Positions 36,427-49,107 of a DNA stretch of 64,000 nt are shown here, piece by piece. Within the stretch, counting starts at the first letter, position 1. Each line of letters opens with the position of its first letter. The stretch is taken from NCBI RefSeq assembly GCF_021028975.2, contig NC_059428.1, positions 35,588,001 to 35,652,000 of the forward strand, in the 5' to 3' direction. The notes under the pieces were generated by a model. That model was not told the DNA's origin and did not search any database. It was given only the letters and a program-made list of their open reading frames with translations. The translations under genes and the position numbers were made by a program. Source of the DNA: Sphaerodactylus townsendi. Its lineage: Eukaryota.

Positions 36427-37256
36427 TGTCACATTCCCATACTGGGTTGTGTATTCTCACGTGCATAGTTGATGTTTGTCATCTTGAAAAAAAATCATGT
36501 TTCCTCTTCCTCTCACCACCCGGAGATATAAAACTCAGCCTCTCAGTAAACTAGAGCCTTGGGGAACTCTAGTAAGGCTGCCTCTAAGCAAGTATACAGG
36601 GCAGAGTGTCCAACTACCTTAACATGCCCCCCTCACAAGTGTGTTCTTCAGTGCATAAGAGCAGTCAGGCAGAGTCTGCTCTCTTATACATGAAAGAGCT
36701 TTATTACAATAGATTAAACTAGAGCACGTATATGGAAAATAGCCATCTTAGTAAGAAATATAGATTTAAGGAAATAAAAAGGGGGAAAAGTATGACCTAA
36801 TTGCATTATGCTAGTTACTTTTAGAAGGAGAAAACACATTCCCCCACCCCAACATTCTAGCATCTCAGGAATTGGTTTCCATGGGTCTGGGCCAACCTCT
36901 TCTCTTCATCTCTCCTCTCACTTCATCCCTCACTTTGCCATTGCTTCTCATGCCATTCCACTCTACTCTCAAACAAAAGAAGTTTTCACCTTTTCACCTT
37001 TCTTCCTGATGAGGTAAATACTTCCCTCTCTCAATCAAGAGTCAGATACCTTGCTCACATGGACCCTCTTTGCCCCACATCAGTGGGTCCCCTCCATACA
37101 TAGTTGGGAGTTTTATGATGCTCATCCATCAGGTCTTCTTTGGTAGCTATGCCAAATTGGTGAGTTTCAGGTTGACCCAGTTCCTGTTTCTAATAACCTC
37201 TTCCACTAGAGAAAATAAACAATTTGGCATGGATTCCGGAATCCCCATTCGTAACA
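36427..37256 (-). mobile_element. Solo LTR (830 bp)
   Basis: TGTCAC...GTAACA termini, perfect 5-bp TSD GGTAC (36422-36426, 37257-37261); tttatt (minus-strand AATAAA) at ~36699. Confidence 0.75.
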
Positions 37257-37921
37257 GGTACCATTCTAGGATTATTTTATTTTTGCATAGCATGGCTAGT
37301 GAAGAGCATCAGAATTTGTTGATATTATTCTGGGATCTGGACCAAGTGAGGATCTGAATGAAGAATGAAGCTTAACATTATCTGCATTGGGTTTATTTGT
37401 TCATAAAGCATTTACATCATTATTTGGCACTTGAAATTATTTGCCTTGAAAAGCTGCTATTTTTTTTCAGAGTGGTCCCCTGGGATCATTTGCATATTTG
37501 TCCAGTGGCTTACCATGTTGTTAATTTCTCAGAGAAATGAAAATCATGTGTATCATGGGGCACTCCATGTAACAGAAGCATCTTCCCTGGAGGCAGGTTC
37601 TGTTCAATTCTGATCTCTTTTAGGAGAATAATTTTTTAAGGAAAAAAACCCTATGTAAACTATATTTAGAAATTCTTACATAGAAACACAAATAAGATAA
37701 TCAAAATAATATAAACATACCAAAGATAACATGTTGAAATTGTATATGAGAGATTATATACAAGAGATATTTAAAATTATAGTATTCCAAGCTTATAAAC
37801 CACTACATAGACTTCCTTAGGGGTTAGGAAGTAGAGATATTTACCTGACGCAGGCCATTTAGTTAGGTTATTAGAATGTGGAGGCTTCATTGTGGGGCGC
37901 ATTGTCACCTTTTCAGAATTT

Positions 37922-38074
37922 TATTTGAACGTGATGGTACGTGATGGTATTTGGAACGTGATGGTATTTGAACGTGATTCTCAATGGTATTTGAACGTGA
38001 TTGTATTGAACGTGATGGTATTTGTATTGAACGTGATTGTATTGAACGTGATGGTATTTGAACGTGATTCTCAA
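37922..38074. repeat. Irregular minisatellite, unit ~TATTTGAACGTGATGG
   Basis: Nine ACGTGA cores with variable 10-22 bp spacing. Confidence 0.92.
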
Positions 38075-38263
38075 AATATTTATGCTTCCCTAGTCCATAA
38101 GTCTAAAATTGTGAAGTAGAGTAGTCTTTTTGTGTGTCCTGGGTCTGGTACTATTTGATAGGGGGCACATTGAGAAGTTACTGGCTTGGCAAACAATAGT
38201 TTAATTGACTGTGGTTAGTGTTAGCCTTTCTCTGAGTTGAGAAACAGCTGAGATCTGGGAGAA

Positions 38264-38655
38264 GGAGGCTGAGGAGGGGAGGGTTTGGGGAGGGAAGGAT
38301 CCCATATATGATATAGTGCCATAGAATCCACCTTTCAAAGCAGACATTTTGTCCGGAGGAACTGTTCCATGTTGTCTGGAGAGCAGCTGTAATAGCATCA
38401 GATCTCCAGGTACCACCTGGAGGAGAATCCTATTATTATGGCTGCCTGAGAGTGGGCTATTTTGCCAATAAGGTTAGGCCATGTCAAGGATGATCTGAAA
38501 TCATGATTTGAAGTAGGGATCCAACCTTCAGGTAGCACTGGGGATCCTCTGGAAGTACAGCACATCACAGAGATCAGTTCCCTGGAGAAAATGTTTGCTT
38601 TGGAGGGTGGACTTTATGCCATTGTACCCCACTGAGGTCCTTGTCCACCCCAGAC
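38264..38655 (+). repeat. Left arm of a local inverted duplication
   Basis: Reverse complement of 41399-41809, including the non-MITE linker. Confidence 0.88.
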
Positions 38656-40720
38656 TCCATCCCCAAATCTCCATGAATTTGCCAATCTGGATCTGGCAAC
38701 CCTGTCTCTTCCAGTGGCCAGGTGGGATCTGGCAGCCCTACTTTGAAGTCAGTGAAGTAACCAAAGTTTAGGCTTAAGTTTCCTGTGACGTATGGATATG
38801 GACATTGTAGCTTAATCTCAGCCTATACTGTGACATCATCCTTTGCTACCTCCCTCGGCAGAGATGCCAGGGAAACTGGAATCCAAGTGATTGTGAGTCG
38901 AATCTTGGGTTTCCTATGTTATGTCTAAACTAAGGCAGTTAAGTCATTTCTTCTTTCTCCTTTTAAAATGTTTTTCACTGTAATTTTCTCTTCTATGAGA
39001 CAAGAATAATGCAAATAATTTAAAAATAGTTCATGGAAGAGAAGAGGCATTATACACTTTAAATATGCAGATTGTGAGAAAAATCTATATTGCGTCAGTT
39101 TCCCCATCAGAGATTTCAATTGCTCTTGCTACATGTGGAGATAACAACAGCTTTTCCTTAATAAAGGCAATTTAGGATTTTTACTCTTCTGTTTGGACAC
39201 TGCTGTGTTTTACCTGCTTTTTAAATTAGGCATGTCACATATATTTTCTAAGCACAGTCCATAATGAGGCCATGATCTTGTCTTTTGTGGTTGGCAAACA
39301 AGAAAGTGTACAGGTGTGCTTCTGTGTGCTTTGGCTTCCCTCCTGCAATATTTCAATGGGTTTGGATAGGAAAGGAAACTGTTGAAAATGCGGTTATCCA
39401 GCTTCTTTGTGTTTCCGGCTTTCATTGTCATCTCTTGCAACTCCTTAACATTTGATTTGAATCTGCTTTCAAATTGACTGGATCCCTTCAGTTTTGTTAG
39501 ATGTTAACCAGTTTTTTAGACTCTTAAGTTTGTCAGCTTTACGTTACTTGCATTATATCCTTGTAAGCCTGTTTCCTTCATTGAATTCTGAATGCTGTAT
39601 CTCTGCTTGCTCCATAAACCAATATTTCCCAAAAGAATGCAATGTGGAATGGCCATCTCTTTTCTAGAGGAGAGCCTTCTGAAGCGAGTGTTGATTGGTA
39701 TTAAGTTCTTTTAATTGTTGTTCTGGAACAAGCAATCTCCCATTACTACCATTTTGAGGTACAATGGTGGAGGAGAAGAGAAGATGGCGTAGGATTGCCA
39801 CGCGGCCAATGGTGGCTGGACATCTCCTGCTACTACAACTGATCTCTAGAAGACATAGAACATTTCCCCTGGAGAAAATGGCTGCTTTGAAAAATAGAGT
39901 CGATGGCATTATAGCCTATCGAAGTTCATCCCCTCCCCAAACCCCAACCTGCTCAGGCTCCACCATCAAAATCTTTAGGTATTTCCCAGCCCAAAGCTGC
40001 TAACCCTAGGATGGCTGAATACCAGATCTCTTAAAATAGAACGGTGCTATTCAAGGGTTCCTTTGTGACTTTCTATTATCTACTTCTTAATTGCTTCTAG
40101 AACTCTTTGGCTTTCCTACTCCAGCTCTAACTGTGATATGGATCTTGGAGGTGCTGTATTGGCAAGCATGCCTGTGTGGGAGCACCCTAAGTTAGCCTCT
40201 GAAAATCCAGGAGTACCCTTTTAAAGAAGACATCAGGCAGCTTTAGTAAGAAGGAATCTTAAACATAAGTATTGGCATTTTATTTTATGATCCCGTTGCT
40301 TTCTGCATTTTACAGATCAATAAAATAAAATTAACCTGCCCAGTCCTAATAGAGAAAACATTTGTATTTTTCCCCTCCTTCCTTTGCTATGGCATGTACG
40401 TTTTAAAAAATTGTGCTGAATATGTAATATTCAACCATCCACTTCTGTCTTGGCACATCTCTGGAAGAACTTTTATTTTTACATCCTTGCCAACATAGTC
40501 TCCTTGCTAGTTTTATCTGAAAGGTTTTGGCTGCCCTCCTAAATACGCTTATTTGGAAGAAATCTCTAAAAATCAAAGAGAGCCGCTTGCAAGTCAGTGC
40601 ATTTAGGATCGCTAGCAAGTCACAGTCTGCCGTAGTGGTTAGTGTTCTGGATTGGGGTCTGGGACACAGGTTCAAATCCCACTGTGCCATGGAAATTTAT
40701 TGGGTGACCATGGGCTAGTC

Positions 40721-40868
40721 CAGGGGTAGGGAACCTGTGGCTCTCCAGATGTTCAGGAACTACAATTCCCATCAGCCCCTACCAGCATGGCTAATTGGCC
40801 ATGCTGACAGAGGCTGATGGAAATTGTAGTTCCTGAACATCTGGAGAGCCGCAGGTTCCCTACCCCTG
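40721..40868. mobile_element. Palindromic hAT-Charlie MITE nested in a SINE
   Basis: 148-bp near-perfect palindrome caggggtagggaacctg...caggttccctacccctg; 8-bp TSD GGCTAGTC. Confidence 0.93.
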
Positions 40869-41398
40869 GGCTAGTCAAACACAGTCACCCTAAAATGTCT
40901 TAAGAGTGTTGTTGTGAGGATAGAGAGAAGGATGTTAACCACTTTAGGTCTCTATTGGGAAACCGGCAGGGTGTAAATGACATCCAAATGCTGACATCTT
41001 GAATCCTTCCACAGTTTCATGTGTAACTTCACAGAACAGGACAGCCGTTTTCCATCTAGTTCAACCATTTCTCCCACTCCTCTTGTCTAGTGTGCTTTCT
41101 TGCATGAACTAATACCTCCCCCGACCCCTGGATTACTGCTGTGGTACACTCAAGTATTTTGCAGGAAGCATGAAAGCAGTTGCCGTATCCTGTCAAAATG
41201 AGGAATAAGTGCCTTGATAATGCCAAGAGTGGACTATTTATTTATTTATAATGTTTCTGTGCTGCCTTTTCAGAGTCCTGCTTGAGGAGACTTACAACTA
41301 AAACTACAGTTTATTTTTTAAAAAAGCACCAAACCATTAAATTTAAGCAGCATAGAAAGTCTCAATAGAACAAAAGCAAACTGTTAAAAAGATGATCA

Positions 41399-41809
41399 GC
41401 CTGGGGAGGACAGAGACCTCAGTGGGGTACAATGCCATAGAGTCCACCCTCCCAAGCAAACATTTTCTTCAGGGAAATGATCTCTGTGATGTGCCGTACT
41501 TCCAGAGGATCCCCAATGCTACCTACTTCAATGCAATCCCTACTTCAAACCATGATTTAAGATAATCCTTGACATGGCCTATTAGCAAAATCCTTAACAT
41601 CCTATTAGCAAAATAGCCCACTCGCAGGCAGCCACAATAATAGGATTCCCCTCCAGATGGTACCTGGAGATCTCCTGTTATTACAGCTGCTCTCCAGACA
41701 ATAAAGAACAGTCCCTCTGGATAAAATGCCTGCTTTGAAAGGTGGATTCGATGGCACTATATCATACATAGGATCCTTCCCTCCCCAAACCCTCCCTTCC
41801 TCAGCCTCC
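41399..41809 (-). repeat. Right arm of the local inverted duplication
   Basis: Reverse complement of 38264-38655, with an extra internal duplication of cctattagcaaaat. Confidence 0.88.
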
Positions 41810-42397
41810 ACCCCACAAATCCTTTGCTAGAAGTCTGGATAAATAGAGGAGCCTACAAAAATAGTTAAATACATGCCAGGCAGGTCTCAAGGAGAGGTGC
41901 CACCACAGAAAATACCCCGTCTTTAGCCTCTACCCCTGCAGTTCTGAAGCTGAAGGCACAGAGATCAGGGACTGAGGGACTGATGCTAACTGGTGAACTG
42001 GATAGTAAGGGAAGAAACAGTTGTTCTGATACCCTTCACCCAAACTGTTTAAGACCTTAAAGGTTGGAACCAGTACTTCAAATTATGCTTGGAAACAGAT
42101 AGGCAACTTGTTGGCAGATTACTGCACGGAGAAGCGGTAACACACTGATTAAAAGGGATTAGAGGTAAATGTTTATTAAGGAACTTCATTTCAGATGGGG
42201 AAGAGGAGGGGCAGAGATAGCCTGCTGCTATTTTGCAAGCTGGGGAGAAGATTTGACCCCAGATTCAAAGAAGAAGCAGAATTTTAGATCTGAGAGTATC
42301 AGTCTAAAGACAGTCAAGAGATACCTCAAACAGACAAAGGGGTCACTAACCTTATAGCCCTGTCTCGCTGACCACTTGCTTGCCGCCTGCCATAGGG

Positions 42398-45130
42398 TCA
42401 TTTTCTCAGTTTATTTCCATGGGGGGCATTGCTGCTTCTTGATTTGGTTCTTTTCACATGACTGGTGGTCGTAGTAGTGGCAATAATCTCCTGCGTTAGC
42501 TCTTCAAATGTGCGTAAAACACAAACAGGATTAATAGTTTGAAGAGTGAGTGATCTTAGGGCCATGAGCTTATGGGAATAAAGTATGGTGCTGACTTCCC
42601 CAGTATTATTTTTAGGCCAACTCATTCTAACAATTTGTAACGGGCTAGCTGGTTTAGCCTCAGAAAAGGAGTGGTTTATTGATATGGTGATAGTTAGTGG
42701 TAGATGATCGCTCATATGATTAAAACCAATCTGAAATTCTTTAACATGTTTCCTGATCTTAGAGGATACTAGGACCTTGTCAGGAGCACTGCACCCTCTT
42801 TTTGAGAGATATGTAAATTCACCTGATCCGTTAAAATTGGTCAAGCCATTTAAAATAGTCAGATTAAAACTGATACAAAATTTAAACAAATAAACTCCAG
42901 CTACATTAATTGTCTTGTCTTTAGATATTCTAGATAGACAGCAGCCCTCTGGTAAGAACTCTGGATCAACCCCAACAGCATCATATAGGGCCTGTTCATT
43001 TCCCCCCAGTCTGGCATTAAAATCTCCAGCTACTATGAAGTCAGCTGAGGGGAATTTCACCAGTAACTCTTCAAAATAGTTACCAAAATCATGCCATTGG
43101 TTGGATAACTCGAGTCTATCTGTAAGTGGAGGTAAATATACATTTGTTAAAATGTGTTAAAATGTTCATTAGTTAACAGAACAGATTGTGCAAATTTGGA
43201 AGCTGCTGGGAGAACCTTCACATGGACATCAAAGTTAGAGTTAATTAGTATTGATAAACCTGCTTGGGCCCTTCCTTTTAAATTTGCTTTAAAGGCTGGG
43301 ACACAATATGATAAAAAACCTGGGAGAAAGATCTGAGATGCAGACCAAGTCTCCTGCAGCAAGATAACATCATAGCCCGTTAACATTTCCCTAAACTCAG
43401 GTCTTGCAACTTTGTTGTTCCAACCCGCAATGTTCCAGGATACTAAACGAATTTGGGAAGGGAAATTGGCATCGAGGGGCTGGCGTCAGTCCAGTTCTAT
43501 AAGTTTCTCCAGGGATTTGTTGGCATCTAAAAAAACGCAACAGTTATTTGTAGCACTGGATCTGGAGTCTCCATTATTGTGCACTTCAATGATCTCCATT
43601 CCTTCTATATCTCCATCTGGTGAAGATCTAATTGCCGAAGAAGCTGAGGGGTGAGGTTTCTCCATCAGTTCGCTCAGCTCTTGGGCCCAGGTTCTTCCCT
43701 TTGTATCCTGTTGAGATCCCAATTGCAAGTCTTTAAGAGATGAAAGTCCAACTCATAATCCATCTGAGGTAACTCTAAGGAATGTTGAGGAGCCAACTGA
43801 GAAGGGATGCAGAGGTCTTCCATAACAGTGGAGGCAGGCAGAGTCTTAGGAGGGCAAATGTATAGTTCTTGAGAGATTTTGTTCCCATAAGGCTCAGAAG
43901 GTGTTGTCTGTTCTAAATTAGTTTGTTCCAACAAGCGATTCCTGGTGTGGTCCCATTTCCCTGGGCTATGGTTAAGATCCTGTGCCATAGAATGAAGAGA
44001 GGGATCCCTGGGGTTGACCTCAAACTGAACTTCGCCCATCAGTTTCCTGTTTGCAGATGTATCGGGCAATTCCAAATCAGGATTAAGTCTCCTTTTTGAG
44101 AGGTTTGGAACTAATGGAGACACAATAATATTATGAAAAAACCCGTGAGGGGAGAATGCCTTTGCTCTTAAGAGTAATCCTACGTTTCCACAGTTCTTTT
44201 GTAATAACTGGTGAAACAAATGTTAGTAGTACTCTCTGATGGTCATTCAGGTAATTTGAAGCATTGATTGATTCTGCTGAGATCAGATCTATCTCCTTTG
44301 CTCTGATTTTAAGTAACACACTTAGATGGCGTTTAGCTAGACTCAAAGAGTTCCAGACAGGCAAGCAGCCATTATAGTAGAAAATATTGAGACAGATTTT
44401 ATTGTTCTCAAGTATCAGTTGTTGATAGTTAACATGCTGGGTATTAAAGGTACTCTGAAAAAATTGAGCCAGATTTGTTTGCATTTAAGGTGAATGGTGC
44501 AGATGGTTCTGTCAACTTTAGTTCACCCTTGTTCTCTGTTCTGTGAGCTGAATCCATAGCATGTTGCTCAGAAGATTGTTTACACAATGAGTCTAAGTTC
44601 ATTTGGATCTTTTTAATTTCACTGTAAATGTTGCTAAGAGTTCTAGCAACAAGATTGCAAAGAGAGGCAGTGTCAGACACACTTCTCAGACATGCCTTGC
44701 ATGTTATATCTCCTTCCCTGGAGGTGGGTTGTGATGTCGTAGCCAGCTCCTCTGAGTCTGAGTTAATGGGGCTCCTCGTGGGTAAGCTCAAGCTTGAGAC
44801 AGCATTGTTAGTGACTCCCACTGTTCCACCTTCATTTTCAGAGGGGGCAAGGGGTGTGTTTTCCTCCAGAGTCAAAGGGGAGAACCGATTTGATGTTGAA
44901 ATAGTAAATGTAAGCGGAGTCTCACCCTGAGGTAACAGAAAATCGTCTATTTTTTGTTGCTTGGACGCAGGAGGGCTCAGCTCCTCTGTATTTCTCAGGC
45001 GTTTCCTAGCTGCCATTAGCCCAGTCACGATAGCTCCACCATTGCTGCTTCTAACACAACTGATGCTGACCTTTCAACCCAAGGGTGAAGGAATGATATG
45101 ATCACTTTAACCAATCCCTACACGACCCTA
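42398..45130 (-). mobile_element. Non-LTR retrotransposon (RTE-X-like), 5' half only: frameshifted ORF1 plus APE endonuclease, no RT
   Basis: APE motifs in order on the minus strand: LVSWNIAGW, ILLQETW, IYLPP, AGDFNARLG, SKDKTINVAG..LTILNG..GEFTY, MSDHLP. ORF1 from ATG 45016 (MAARKRLR...ISTSNRFSPL) is split over three frames. Clade assignment from recall. Confidence 0.85.
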
Positions 45131-48100
45131 AAATCAACTCAGATTCTCCAGTTGGCCTGGCTGCTATCTAGCACTGTTGTGCAGGCACTCTACCAGTTAC
45201 TGAACATTTGCCAAGTATATAATTTAAGGTGCTGGTTATCACCTATATACCTGCAAGACTGCTTTTCCTGCTATGCTCCACTGTGACAGTTTTTGCCATC
45301 TGGGCAAAAACTTCTCAATTGGGAACTGCCCATTCATGTGCCTTTTCTGTGGTGGTTCTGTGGGTGCCAGCTGATGGCTAGCACCCGGCAGGAGATGTGG
45401 GACTTGCCCCATGTGTTGTCATTTCCAGGAGATACCGTGAAGTGATGTTATGTTGCATGATGCCATCAAATAACTTTTTCCCCCCACTGCTCAGAGGAAC
45501 TGTGCGGAAATAGTGGTTTGCCAACACCTGGCAACCCTAGGTGGCCCTCTGCATGTCAGGAAGCCCCCTCCCCTACTTCAGCCATTTTTGCAGAAGGTGT
45601 ACAACAGAAATGTTCAGGAGGGCACTTTTATAAAAGAATCAGAACTGTAGTATAACAGAGCAGCTCAGCAAGGTACTTTTCTAATGGAACAATGTGTTTT
45701 AGTCTGCCACCATTTTTGTACATCTCTTCTTGCTTCTACTGTATTGTTTTCTAGCTACCTAATTCCACTTTCTCACAGTATGTCTTTAGACAATTTGTTG
45801 TTCACATTTCCTCCCAATTCTGTAATCCTAGTCTTGTTACATTGTTGACTGGTTTTCAGTGTCTGATGGCATCATTTTATTTTCTGTAATCCCACTTGAG
45901 GCGCAGTGAGGAAGGCATGTTATATATAAACTGGCAGATCCCAAGACATATATATGCCTTTACATCATCTAACACTTGTGAAAGATTTTTTGTTGATGTC
46001 CTAATTTGAGTTTAAACACCTACATATTAGTTCATGCTTTGAGGATTCCCCTCACCTGTATCTACGAGATCTGAAAATGCATTTCAACCCATTTTTTAAA
46101 ATAATAAGGAATCAAAAGGCCAAGTTGTAACACGGTACTCTTACGAGCTTTGATCAACACGGTTTTTAATGCTAGTTTGTCCATGTAATTTATTTTTGAA
46201 TGCATTTAAACTATCGCTTTAATTACCATTTCAGGCAATTTATGTCTTAACCAAATAGGGCTTAATGAACTGGAAGTCCTAGCTACCTTTGAAAGTACAG
46301 TGAAGCATTTGCTAGCATTCAGCCCTCCCATTTAGCATCTAATATAATGGCAGATATATATTTAAACACTTTATGTTCTCAGTCCCTCGAAATTGTGCAA
46401 GCGGCAGCACCCTGCAGTGGCGGCTGTGTGGATGCACGCTCCTGTACTTATTAAAACTGCAAAAACATATGCTGGAGCTTAATTTTATTTTGTACATCGA
46501 GAGCAGTTTTCGCAGCAGCCCCATGGCGCAGTGGTGCATTACGCTGAACATTTGACTAAATCTTTGCAAGACGCGGTTGTGGGTCGTCAGTTTATTCCAT
46601 TCCTTCCTCTCGCTGAGCTCTTCATCTTCTAGCTCTCTTTGATTAACTGGAAGAAGAGATTGGTCTGGTTTGTAACATCCTCCTCGGAGTCTTGTGTACT
46701 GAGACAAATGTGGGAGAATCATTTTATTGGCGTGAATTGCTCCCGTTCGTAATGGATGGTTATCTTCGCTTCCTTAACTTCCAGAGAGAATAAAATATCA
46801 GAGATTTCAATTATTGATTTTTTTTGTTTCCAATAAACTAAAGAAGTTCACACTTCCTTTAACTGACTTGGTAATCTTCAAACTGTTTGTAGTGGAATAC
46901 CGAACCAGAGAGATGGTATCAGAACAAATTGCTTTAGGGCTAGCATGTTCGTGTTTTGTTCTTCAGTGCGTCTGCCTACAACTGAGGCAGCTGTCTCTGT
47001 ATGGGTTCTCCCTACAGACACAAAACTGATACTCCTGAACTTTTCTGAAGTGTCTCCTGCTCCAGTTAGGTGCAGAACAGCTCAGAGTGATTCTTTGGTT
47101 TGAGGAAGAGATGCCTTTGGGAAGAAGCAGGGGGTCAGCTGAGCTATGTGTTGGTGGGCATGGGGCTGCCAACCTGCACACGAGGACTAGAGATCTCCCA
47201 GAATTACAATTTCCAGGCTACGAAGATCAGTTTCCCGGCTGAACATGGTAGCTTTGGAGGATGAACTGCTTTGGAAGGCATTATACCTGTCCCTGCCCTC
47301 ACCAAGCTCCTCCCACAAACCACCAGCAACCTGGAATTGGCAATCCTAATTGAACAACATGATTCGCTCAGGCCATAGATGGATACTCTTATAATACCAT
47401 CCTAAGCAGAGTTACACCTTTCTAAGTCCATTGATGTCATCTGTTTAAGAGGGTCTTGTTCGTTATCCCTAATTCTACCTGTGATATTTAATTAGGTGAA
47501 TTTTACCCCTATACAATAGAGCATCAGAAGCTGCAATCTGTAGTAGAAGTCCCACATAAAAGGAGGGGCTTGGAATGTCTATTCTTCTTTTGTAGTTTCA
47601 CAACTGAAAATTGCCTTCCTATGAAATTTCCCTTCCTATGGGAAAAAATTACACAGGTTCATAAGTGTACAAGTGTATTGTTCCCAATGGGTGTGTGTTT
47701 GAAGCAGTTTTCAATGGGAAAGAGCTTCCAGAATGTACGGGTTGTGTTTCAGCTCTGCGCATGTGAATTTTCTGCTTCAGGGTGCAACATCAGTAGCTGA
47801 ATGGGTGTGTGTTAAATGACCTCTCTAGCAAAAACCACAAATAGCATTTTATAATCTTTGGCCATCCTATTGAGTTGTGTCCCAGGACTGTTGAATACAT
47901 AGACTTATTACCCCAGAACTATCTGCATTTGTTGGTTAAAAACTCTGCTGATTTCAATAGGCGAGTTACCCATTTTTACCCTTTTCCCATTGATATGCTT
48001 AATTTGAGTTGTAGCCTACCTCTTATTTATGGAGTTATACAACATTGAACACCAGAGTCTGCAATATTTGACTGCAACTCTAGGTATGATTTACCAAGCA

Positions 48101-48305
48101 TTTCTGGATGAAAGATTCTATAGGAGTGTAATAATGTGTGTTTGTGTGTGTTCTTTTTCCACCCTTGAAGTCAACCCAGAAGCTCCAGTTGGTACTGAAT
48201 GCTAGAGCTGAGTTACTATCATTAGCTAAGCAGTGCATGAATATTACGCCCATTCTACAATAATTTCTTTGGTTACCCACCAGTTCAAGTTATTGGTCAT
48301 GACTT

Positions 48306-48605
48306 AGAAGAAGAGTTGGTTTTTATAACTCACTTTTCTCTGCTGAAAGGAGTCTTAAAGCGGCTTACAATTACCTTCCTCCCTGCTCCTCCACAACAAA
48401 TACCTTGGGAGGTTGGTGGGGATGAGAGAATTCTGAGAGAACTGTGACTAGTCCAAGGTCACCCAGTAGGCTTCATATGGAAGAATTTTGAAACAAACCT
48501 GGTTCACCAGATTAGAGTCCGCTGCTCATGTGCAGGAATGGGGAATCAAACCCAGTTCTCCAGATTAGAGTCTTCTGCTCTTAACCATTGTACCATTCTG
48601 GCTCT
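48306..48605 (-). mobile_element. Squam3-like SINE
   Basis: agaagaagagttgg tail; duplicated ccagattagagtc module; head at ~48580-48605. Confidence 0.8.
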
Positions 48606-49107
48606 ACAAACTCCTGAATGACCTTGGTCCCTCAAATATGTAGGACAGCCTCTTCTGCCATGCTCCACTGTGACAGCTTTGCTTATCTGGGCAAAGCTTT
48701 CTGAAGATGCTATCCTGAAAATAGGCAAGAAACCTTCCCAAACAAAAGCATTCTCTGTTGTGGCTCCCATATGCTGTAGAATAATCAGCCTGAGGAGGCC
48801 AGGAAGACTCCCTCACTCCTTTCATTCTGCAAACCATGTAAAAGAGAATGGTTCAGGGGAACTTTTTTTGTTTTGTAAAGGAACAAATCTCAAATTATAT
48901 GTTATGTATATTATGTTCTTACTGCATTGTCTTCTGCTTTTATGATTCCGTGTTCTACATTTGTTTATGGTAGATCATACGTGATGGTTGCATTTAACTC
49001 CTAATTTTTCTACTCCCAGCCCTAGTACACTGAATGTCTCATTCCATTTGATTATATTGTTTTACATCATGTAACCCACTTTGAATCACAGTGAGAAAGA
49101 TGGGCTG

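Noticed and set aside
37922-38074. CRISPR-like repeat array
   Set aside because: No unique spacers, irregular period, eukaryotic context, no cas genes
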